Notes under the pieces: generated by a model | What the model was told of the DNA's origin: nothing | The model's input: the letters and a program-made list of their open reading frames with translations, nothing else | The model's database searches: none | Shown: piece by piece, positions 15,065 through 23,700 of the stretch | Layout: every line of letters starts with the position of its first letter | Position numbering within the stretch: position 1 is the first letter of the stretch | Translations under genes and position numbers: made by a program | Source: Paraspadella gotoi | Taxonomy: Eukaryota > Animalia > Chaetognatha | DNA: 63,995 bases | Assembly (NCBI GenBank): GCA_051294375.1 | Contig: CM119270.1 | Coordinates: 18,139,715 to 18,203,709, forward strand | Reading direction: 5' to 3'

Positions 15065-18000
15065 TTAAACAAAACTCAGTTCGAAGACATGATCCGGAAA
15101 AGGGGTGTCCAAAATTCTAGTCCTCAGTCCAACTTGTTGGCCATTCAACGTCACCAGCACCTCGCCCACTTTCTTTCCAGCTCTCCCCGCCAATGGCCCA
15201 ACCAATGCTTTAACGTTATAGGCCTTTTTAAAGGGTATTGTTTCCACTTCACCATCGACCCCAATTCTTGCATGTGCCACCATCATTGCCATCGTCAATT
15301 TGGCGCCATTCATTGTTGGTGGAGGTAATTTTGAATTGTTATCTAGAGGTGGAAACGCAACGCCAGACACTTCATCCTTAACAACGACCTTTTCCAAATT
15401 GATACCATGAAACACTTCATCTGCAATTTCCAACAGGTACGCTTTCAGTGGTGCAGCAGGAATCACAGTCCAATCTTCTGGAAATTCAAGAAACCAAGTT
15501 TTGTCACCGCCGAAGCGAGCTGAAACAAGGGCCCCTAGGCGAACTCTTACCACTGAAACCTCAGGAGCAAGATTTAAAGCGGTTGCCTCAAAAACCTCTC
15601 GCTCATAGGTGATGTAAGTTTTTAAGAAAACATCATTGTGAGAGTCAATGCGGCCCATCCGCCAAAGGACCGAAAGCGCGTGACAATAGAAGAAAGGAAA
15701 AGGAAGGAGTAGACAGTGAAAGATCTCAGCGGGCAAAGGATGCACGTCTCCACTCCCACACAACCACTTGAAAACATCCCCATTTTCTTTTTGATTAGCG
15801 TGAAGCACCACATTGCGGGAAAATCGCAAGAGACCCGTAAAAGAAGATACTCGATAGCCACGTCCTCGACAAGCGAATTTTTGCAGCAGGCGTGGATTTA
15901 ACAGCTGGTGCCAGGATCCCTGTTTGCCTATGACCAACCCAGCATGCCGTTCAGCGTTTGCTCGATCTGTGTCGGTTGCATTCTCGATCATCAATTCGTT
16001 CAAAAGCCCTACATTAAGAACTTTAGACGACTCATTTGCAAGTGCTGGGCACTGGAGTGCGTCGGCAGCCTGGTAACCCTGATCAATTAAGCACTTAATC
16101 AGAATTTGGAACTCAACATTTTTTACCTGATTCCCACAGCCACTGGCAATTTTCCGAATAACCTCGGCTGAGGCAATTATGTCTGCGTTTTGTTCATTGG
16201 TGCTTATTATGGCAGGCTCGGCATCAGAGAAATCCAGCAGCTTCAGTGTGAAATTGTTTCCTAGAAATTTAACATGGAAGCTTTCAATGCAAACGCGATT
16301 GTGTCTGATTGGAGATTTGAGCGTGTGAATATGATCAAGAGCAAGCATGACCTGCTTGATGAGCTCAACACGAATTGAGTGGAGTTTGAGTCCTGTCTCT
16401 TTGTTCATTATGAATACAGAAAAATCGAATAGACTTTGATCTGTCTCTTCAAAAAAAAGATGACCATTGAACTTGAGAAAAGGATTCCAAGTATAGACGT
16501 TGGCCAACATCTTGAGAACATTTTGGTGGTTCAGTCCTGCCGTGACTCTCAGCTCACGTTGGTAAAGTCTTCTTGAAGCCAATTGACGATTATGGTCACT
16601 AGGAAAGCGACGGCGAAGATAAAACATATATATCAGCAAAGATGACCAAAAGAGTATGATCAAAATCAAAAGAGCAAAAATGGTAAGAACCAAGTTTGGA
16701 GTCAAGGTTTCTTTTTTCCAGCAAGAGTAATAGGCGGAATAAAGGTCTGTTTTTTTGCAGTGAATTGATTGCGAAGTCGACTGCACCAAATTGTAAAGAT
16801 AATGGACCAGTTCACAATCATTGCAATCCAAAGGATTTTGGCTTATAATTAAGACATCCTTCAAGAGTCTGAGTTCTTTTGGGACAGTAGAGAGATTGTT
16901 GCCTCTCAAATCCAAAATTAGAAGGTTGGTGAGTTGAGATAGTGGTACCTCATGGATGTGAGAGATGTTATTAAAGGAAGCGTTGAGTCTCTTGATTCTA
17001 TTCAGGTTTTGAGGAAATTTCAACTCAGTCAATTTATTATAGGAATAGTCTAATACTGTTTCTGGAAATGCAATGCAATAAGGAAGGACGTTTAGGGCTT
17101 TCTGCCTGCAGTTGATAAAGAGCTGGCGATTCCACTCATCTGCTATTAGGCAACTGCAATTGATGGGACAGCAAGGGATGTCTTTGAAAGTGGACAAGTA
17201 AAACATGAGCTTAAGGTTTTCGCAATCGCATTTCCATGAGTTTTTCTGAAGAGAAATAAAATCCATTTTTTTGGCAGTTTCCATGACGCTATTTGACAGA
17301 GTTTGAATTTTGTTAAAGCTTAGATCTATTGATTTCGCAAGTTTTCTAAAACTAGTTACATATAAAAACATGGTATCAGTTAAAAAATTGTGACTTAGAT
17401 TAATGAACAAATTGCATGTAATATCATAAAATTCCATGGTGTCTATATTTTTTAAAAGGTTATTGTTTAAAAGTATTTTAAGATTTTTAACTTGTTCACA
17501 CATAGGGCTAACAACTTCTTGTAAATTTGATATGTTGTTGTAACTTAAATCAATAAATTCAAGTTGCAATTGTTGCCTATTATATGTTTTGAGCTTATTT
17601 TTTTGAATGTACAATTTTTTTAGTGAAGTAGATGTTAGTGATTTTTTGGGGATTGTTTCAATCAAATTCTTGCTCAAATCTAAAACTTGCAAGAATTCCA
17701 AATTTAAATTTAAGCTGCCGACATTGGAGATTGAATTTCCTGAAAAGTCAAGTTCAACTAAATATGTCAATGGATCCATCCAATTAATGAGCATATTTTT
17801 GAATTCATTACTACTTAGTGAGAGAGACCTTAAATTTAACGTTGAATTGAAAAATGATTTTCCTAAAAAAGAAATGAAATTTTTTCCTAAGTTTAATGTT
17901 TTGAGTCTGTCTTGATATTTTAACAAGTTTTCAGGTATTGTTTTAAGACAATTGTTTGACAAATCAATAATTTCAACCAATTTTATGTTGTCAAGTACAC

Positions 18001-19071
18001 TTGAATCTATAGTCTTTAACTTGTTATTATTCAATAGAAGGGTTTTTAAATTTGTTAAACAGAAAAACGCATTATTATCAATAAACAATAAACTATTATA
18101 ACTCAGGTCTAGATCTACTGTAGAACGCAAACCACTGAAGGTGTGTTCAAAAATGTATTTGAGCTGCAGATTCTTTTTTATCGTTAAATGAGTTATTGAA
18201 ATGTTATTAAAGGTATTGTTTTCCAGATTTTGTAAACAACCCTCTATTTTGAGGTATTCAATTCGGCCCACGTTTTTAAATGCATTTTGGTGAAGTTTCA
18301 ATTTGACATTTTGACGGTAAAATCGACCGCAACCGATGTTTATGTTCAAATCGTTATCAGTCATGAAAGAAAACGCATTTTTGCCAATTATTTTCATTGG
18401 GTTGCCAACGAGCCCCAATGATTGGACGCCCCTCAAGCTTCTAAAAGTATTTTCAGAAAATTTGGATATAAGATTGTTTTGCGCTTGAATATTACCTATT
18501 ACCATTTGTTTACCATTAAATTCTAGTTTTTTGAGTTTATTGTCACTCAGTATCATTGTTCGAACTCTGGGAGAGTAGGTGACTGCTTCAAAATTTGCTA
18601 ATTGCGTCCCTGTCAAATTGACAAATCTGAGAAAAATGTTTTTCTTAAATGCATCGCGCGACAGATTTATCTTGAAGTTATTGGATAAATCTAACTCCTG
18701 CAGGAGAGGCATGTTTTTAAACGAATCAGAAGTTATGTTTAAAGTTAGATTTTCTCTCATCAAAATTATCACTACATGCTTATATTTTAGAAAAGCTTGA
18801 TCATCAAAGCTTCTGATACCATTGTTCCAGAAAAAAAGGGCGCGCAATTTGCTAGGAGTCACTAAAGTATGTTTTCCTATAGTTGTTATGTTATTATCCA
18901 TAAAAATTAGTAATTTTATATTTTTGTAGGACTCTAAGAAAAAGTCTTCTAGTCGTTCTATTCCTAAATTGGTAAATGACATAGCAAAGGTAGAACTCTG
19001 AATGTCTCGCATTTTGACTCCGTCAAGGGTCGTTGCGTTGTTCATGATCGCATTATTTAATTGCGTGCATC
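15065..19071 (-). CDS. Large terminal exon (exon 3) of a Toll-like LRR receptor with cytoplasmic pseudokinase + KEN (IRE1/RNase L-type) ribonuclease + probable ubiquitin-like tail
   Basis: Uninterrupted 1326-aa ORF (15065-19045), open upstream to a phase-1 acceptor TTAACAG|GA at 19072/19071. It has about 20+ LxxLxLxxNxL repeats, a Cys cluster NSWKCDC...CCPINCSC...INC, further LRRs, a second cluster NPLDCNDC...IHC...SC, and a hydrophobic TM LVLTIFALLILIILFWSSLLIYMFYL (16616-16694) followed by RRR. Kinase-like motifs: RELRV..LNHQNV, EETDQSLFD, KQVMLALDHIH, IRHNR, KLLDFS. KEN-like motif: SWHQLL...GYRVSSFTGLLRFSRNVVLH. Confidence 0.93.
15640..16020 (-). other. Protein domain: KEN (kinase-extension nuclease, HEPN-family) ribonuclease
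   Basis: W...L...L...R.Y..SSFTGLLRFSRNVVLH...LPAEIFHCLLLPFP aligns by eye with IRE1 ([21 protein letters not shown]...FTSRFP) and RNase L (FYQNTVGDLLKFIRNLGEH...FQKTFP). RNxxxH lies at 15800-15817. Boundaries are approximate. Confidence 0.85.
16030..16590 (-). other. Protein domain: truncated pseudokinase (IRE1/RNase L-like)
   Basis: AlphaC-beta4 motif RELRVTAGLNHQNVLK, hinge FEETDQSLFDF and alphaE KQVMLALDHIHTL are recognisable. The catalytic loop reads HNR instead of HRD (16295-16303) and DFS replaces DFG (16226-16234). No Gly-rich loop, VAIK lysine or APE motif is visible. Boundaries are approximate. Confidence 0.75.
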
Positions 19072-19536
19072 CTGTTAAGTAATTAAAATATCAAAACAAC
19101 AGAACAAATTCATCTTTTCAAAGTTAATTATTTCATAAATCTTTTTTTCAAAACATTAAAGTAACGCAATTAATCAACAGACAAAAAAAATTCAAATGAG
19201 ACCAGCAACATCTGCTTTGGACCAGCTGTGGCCGCATCCTCTCACCGGCCTTATTATACTAATAATACCTTTATTGTTTATAAAAAAGTCATGAAAAATC
19301 CATTTTATCTACATAACAAAGAACAGTTATGGTGAAGCCAACGAGGCCGCTCTCCACTTGTATGAGCTTTAAGTTTTTATGGCTTGGCGGGCTGAAGCAC
19401 CATCCCAACTTAGTATTTCCCCGCTGCAAAGCAAGCAAAGCAAAGCAAAGCAGAGCAAGCAGCTGTGGTTGGAGGTGGCTTCAAATCTTAGTCTTAATGC
19501 TAACTTTTAATTATGACTTTTTAAATTAAAAATTAC

Positions 19537-19694
19537 CTGGTTTAATCCACTGTCGAATACTAGAACCAGTTCGCCACCCACATGACCAAAGGTCAATGAC
19601 AAAATAATAGATATTTATTGGTGAATGTTTGCAAAAAATTTGACAGTTATCTTCATTATTTGTCATCTGTTTAGATGAAACCTTATCAGGAAAA
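19537..19694 (-). CDS. Exon 2 of the LRR-pseudokinase-KEN receptor (Cys-containing N-terminal cap region)
   Basis: Acceptor TTTATGTAG|T at 19695/19694 and donor CCAG|GTAATT at 19537/19536; 158 nt, phase 2 to phase 1. Reads FPDKVSSKQMTNNEDNCQIFCKHSPINIYYFVIDLWSCGWRTGSSIRQWIKP. The phase-1 end joins the exon-3 acceptor in frame (G+GA = Gly). A paralogous exon of identical length at 22372-22529 conserves the peptide. Confidence 0.8.
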
Positions 19695-19794
19695 CTACAT
19701 AAAAATAAAAAAAAATGGTTTAAATTTTTAAATATATTTACTACACTACCAAAAACGTTTAAAAAACTCACTATTGCATTAAAATTTTACTTAC

Positions 19795-19925
19795 TTTGCA
19801 TCTCTGACTACTTTTAATGCATCCAAAATGGCCGCAGACTCGAAATTATTCACAAAGTCATGACCAAAAGCGACAGAAGACACCGTCGTCATTATAATCA
19901 AGGATATCACGCAGACCACACCCAT
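19795..19925 (-). CDS. Exon 1 (signal peptide) of the LRR-pseudokinase-KEN receptor
   Basis: ATG at 19925 with an in-frame TAA shortly upstream. Reads MGVVCVISLIIMTTVSSVAFG-HDFVNNFESAAILDALKVVRDA (hydrophobic core with a small-residue cleavage-like site). Donor AA|GTAAGT at 19795/19794 is phase 2, matching exon 2; the intron is 100 nt. Confidence 0.78.
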
Positions 19926-20426
19926 TGTGTGGAATAAAATATTTCTTGTTAAATCTTGTTAAATCTGAATTTTTTTTGTGTTGGTATGAATAGAAATCAG
20001 GTAATTTTTGTTTTAAAGTTCGATTTTAATACTTTTATTGTTGCTATCAAAATTACAATATTACTATATAATGATAAAATATTTTTGTAATCAATCTTAA
20101 CTTTTTTTGGTGGATTCTGATAAAGCATAAAAGTTAAATAAAAAATATAACTACAACTTTCAAAGATTCTTATGTTTTCTTGGTGAAAATTAAAAAAAGT
20201 AATAAAATTATCGAAAGATGATGATGATGATGATGATGATGATTATAAATAGTTTTTCATATTTTTTCACCCGCTTATAATCAAAATATCGATAAAAAAA
20301 TCCTAAATAAAATTTTAGCCTTTCCTATTATAAATAAATTATTCATGGTAATTATCCTTTCTTTTTCGTTGTTTGAGAGATTAACAAAGTTTGATTTTAT
20401 TTTGCAACGAATTTTATTTTAAAAGA

Positions 20427-20467
20427 GCAGACATGTTTCGGCTCACAATACGAGCCTTCATCAGCGC
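20427..20467 (-). ncRNA. Minimal type I hammerhead ribozyme (intact copy)
   Basis: Minus strand reads GCG-CUGAUGA-A-GGCUC-GUAUUGU-GAGCC-GAAAC-AU-GUC/UGC: conserved core, perfect 5-bp stem II, palindromic ACAUGU helix III, GUC cleavage triplet and a short stem I. Confidence 0.8.
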
Positions 20468-20507
20468 ACATGAGTTATGAACTTGATACAAGTTTTTAGT
20501 TAAAGTA

Positions 20508-20551
<44 letters not shown>

Positions 20552-20655
20552 TAAAGGTTTCCAACAAAGGATTGAGTAAGGACAGTGATCAGTGGTGAGA
20601 CAGATTTTTGGAAGTGGCTAGTTTGAATAAGTTTTGAAAAGAAGTGAAAATTGGT

Positions 20656-20687
<32 letters not shown>

Positions 20688-21405
20688 AACAAAATAAATA
20701 AATAATTACATTTGAGCAATGTACAACATAGATAAAGATAATGGAAACTGTTTAATAACAAATTGAAATAAATTAATTTTTGAAATTGAAATTGAAAAGT
20801 TGAAAATTGAAATCGAGAAGTTGAAAATTTGAGATTTTAGAGAGATAGATAAGTAAAGATTGTAGTGAAATATAAGAATTAAGAAAGAGCTCAAAATGAT
20901 ATAAGGGTGGCCTTGGGTTTGTTTCCTCAGGGAGCAATACCTGACCCAGCAACACGAGATCAATCCCATTATCCTCTCAACCCATGACGCGCCAATGACC
21001 CGGCCCCGTCAGCAATACTCTCCTTCATAAGACCGGGGGGCCCAGCTCATTTTGAGCTCTTTCTTAATTCTTATATTTCACTACAATCTTTACTTATCTA
21101 TCTCTCTAAAATCTCAAATTTTCAACTTCTCAATTTCAATTTTCAACTTTTCAATTTCAATTTCAAAAATTAATTTATTTCATTTGTTATTAAACAGTTT
21201 CCATTATCTTTATCTATGTTGTACATTGCTCAAATGTAATTATTTATTTATTTTGTTTCTCTCTCTCTCTCTCTCTGTCTTCTCACCAATTTTCACTTCT
21301 TTTCAAAACTTATTCAAACTAGCCACTTCCAAAAATCTGTCCTCACCACTGATCACTGTCCTTACTCAATTCTTTGTTGGAAACCTTTAACCCTCTTCTC
21401 TCTCT

Positions 21406-21441
<36 letters not shown>

Positions 21442-21478
21442 TTTAACTAAAAACTTGTATCAAGTTCATAACTCATGT

Positions 21479-21519
21479 CCGCTGATGAAGGGTCGTATTG
21501 TGAGCCGAAACATGTCTGC
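21479..21519 (+). ncRNA. Minimal hammerhead ribozyme (second copy, two substitutions)
   Basis: CCG-CTGATGA-A-GGGTC-GTATTGT-GAGCC-GAAAC-ATGTC-TGC; one mismatch in stem II and one in stem I relative to the left-arm copy. Confidence 0.7.
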
Positions 21520-22371
21520 TCTTTTAAAATAAAATTCGTTGCAAAATAAAATCAAACTTTGTTAATAAATAAATATTAAAAAATTAATATATGGGGTATG
21601 AAGTAATATTACAATTTTTTGTCTATTCTAATTTTTTTTAAAAATGATTAAATTTTCGTTTGAGTAGGTGCTTCATTCAAATTTTTTTAACCACCTTGCT
21701 GAGTTAGGCTACTCCTAGTATGAAAACCGGTTTATCGGCTGACGCCTAAAACAATGTTGAATCAGCCTACGATAACTAAGCGGTAATCAGCTAATCAGAT
21801 GATAAATTACGATAATTATTTTTAAAAATTTCTTTCAATTTGTGATCATAATAGATAGTACCATACCAAATCAATGGCTGCGCATATACATGTAAATTGC
21901 TTGCAAGGGATTAAACTGAACTTTTGACGAGGAATTCAAATCTGCCATCAAAATTAAGAAGAGCCTATTTTAAAATTTTAATATTTTTTAAGGAGATTAA
22001 ATATATCCTACTGCAAAAAATAAAAAAACATAAAATTAATATTTTTATAAATTAAAGTTTACGAACATGATACTGGCCTGTTTTAGTTTTAATTTCTTAT
22101 ACTTGCAGCTTTATAAAACCATCCAAATTAAGCTTATTTTAATTTCTTTCAATTTGAAGGAGATTTTAAAACTTAAAATTGTAAAACTTACTTATAAAAG
22201 TAAGGTTTATTAAAAATTTGACCTGAACAGTGACTTACTCTAACCTTACCATCCTACTTATAAACTTTTATACATTGTATATCGTCAGTCATAAAAGAAA
22301 ATGCATTTTCATCATCATTTTATTTATTATTCGAGGTAAAAAATAAAAGTAAAATTAATATTTAGGATCAC

Positions 22372-22529
22372 CATGTTTAATCCACTGTCTGATTCGAGAA
22401 CCAGTTCGCCATCGACAAGTCCACAAGTCGATCCGTAAAAAATATATATTTATTGGTAAATATTCGCAAGAAATTTGATAATTGTTTTTATCATTTGTCA
22501 TCGGTGCAGAAGAAAACTTTTCAAGCGAA
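22372..22529 (-). other. Paralogous copy of receptor exon 2 (alternative exon or relic)
   Basis: 158 nt with acceptor TTTTTAG|T and donor CATG|GTGATC, same phases as exon 2. Reads SLEKFSSAPMTNDKNNYQISCEYLPINIYFLRIDLWTCRWRTGSRIRQWIKH, colinear and gap-free with exon 2. Confidence 0.75.
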
Positions 22530-22715
22530 CTAAAAAAAAAACAAATGAAAAAAATTTCGTTACATTAAATTAAATGACAAATATTTCAGCAGCTGTTATG
22601 AAAAAAATGTCATTAAATTATTTTAAATATGACATCGAAGCAAATAAAACCCAAATTTTAGACTTCAGACCCCGCAAAAAAATCCTTATTTAACTTCCCC
22701 CCCTTATTAACTTAC

Positions 22716-22890
22716 TTTCCTCGTGCAACACCCACCAATTCCAGCGCTTCCAAGATGGCGCCGGAATCCAAATTCTTCACAAAGTCGTGACCAACGACGA
22801 CGGAAATCACCGCCGTCGTGAAAATCACCGATTCCACGTCGTTGCCACTGACGAAATCCCACGTGGGAAAAGACAATTTTTCATTTCTGG
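22716..22890 (-). pseudogene. Paralogous copy of receptor exon 1 lacking an in-frame ATG
   Basis: Reads ...VIFTTAVISVVVGHDFVKNLDSGAILEALELVGVARG versus ...IIMTTVSSVAFGHDFVNNFESAAILDALKVVRDA, with the same phase-2 donor AA|GTAAG at 22716/22715. The position of the start Met reads Trp, and the nearest ATG (22884) is out of frame. Confidence 0.6.
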
Positions 22891-22971
22891 TTAATTTCGA
22901 TTTTTGTTTTCGTTCATTTAAAAAACAAGTTTGAGCAAACAATGTCGGATCTGCCCACGATCATTATCGGT

Positions 22972-23172
22972 AAATAATTAATTAATTAATTAATAATTAA
23001 TTAATTATTTAATTAATTAATAATTAATTTATTCAAATTAATTATTTAATTAATTATGCAATTATGCAATTAATTTGATCTAAAATGTTTGTTTTGATTG
23101 ATTAATTAACTGATTAATTAATTATTGATTAATTAATTGATTAATTAACTAATTAATTATTTGATTAATTAA
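22972..23172. repeat. Degenerate (TTAA)n AT-rich tract
   Basis: Direct observation. Confidence 0.85.
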
Positions 23173-23224
23173 TACATCTTGCATTTACATTTAAAAGAAA
23201 AAGAAGCATAATCAATTAGTGAAA

Positions 23225-23700
23225 CAGGTTCTTTGTTTTTTCCATTTAAACTCATTTCTACTCAAACGATTCCATCGAAACTTGATTTCCAGTTTAATCA
23301 CACACTTTTTCACCTGAATACAAAATTTCAAGTCAATCGCCCTATCCACTCATGAGTAATTGGTGTTCAAATAGTAAAATATATTTTATTGTTTTTTCCA
23401 TTTAAACTCATTTCCACTCGGACGATTCCATCGAAACTTCATATCCAGCTCAATCACACACTTCACTACCCACACACAAAATTTCATTCCAATCCATTCA
23501 TCCAATCACGAGTAATTGGTGTTTTTTGCTAAGGTGGGACGGACGGACGGACGGACATCATTTTTTTTTCATAATTTTTCATAATTCTATGTTCTGACAT
23601 GATATAAGTGAATGCCCGACAAGATTGAGGGGGCGGACCGACGGACCGACAAAGTGAATTTATAGAGTCGGGATCTGCTGAAAGCAGATCCAACTAAAAT
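23225..23700 (+). mobile_element. Non-autonomous Helentron/DINE-1 (HINE)-like element
   Basis: Two ~155-bp internal tandem units (about 23238 and 23393) and a (GGAC)n microsatellite at ~23537-23557. It ends in ACAAAGTGAATTTATAGAGTCG, then a perfect hairpin GGATCTGCT-GAA-AGCAGATCC (23671-23691), then AACTAAAA. This order matches DINE-1/HINE organisation. The 5' boundary is uncertain. Confidence 0.6.

Larger units (their letters stand above)
20380..21566. mobile_element. Inverted-repeat element, probably a Penelope-like (PLE) inverted pseudo-LTR insertion
   Basis: Arms 20380-20899 and 21047-21566 (~520 bp each) are near-perfect reverse complements around a 147-bp GC-richer spacer. Near its outer end each arm has a minimal hammerhead motif followed by AATAAA, as known for PLE pseudo-LTRs. 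No RT or endonuclease ORF is seen. Confidence 0.75.

Noticed and set aside
15089-18800. Small plus-strand ORFs inside the receptor gene
   Set aside because: Antisense shadows of the long minus-strand ORF.
19075-19113. Nearby ATG (MNLFCCF...) as the receptor start via frameshift
   Set aside because: It is out of frame and stops after 12 codons, and adding a base in the T-run creates TGA. The sequence is better explained as the pyrimidine tract and acceptor of intron 2.
20900-21046. Spacer of the inverted element as a GIY-YIG endonuclease remnant (REQYL...)
   Set aside because: Too short and weak to call without a profile search.
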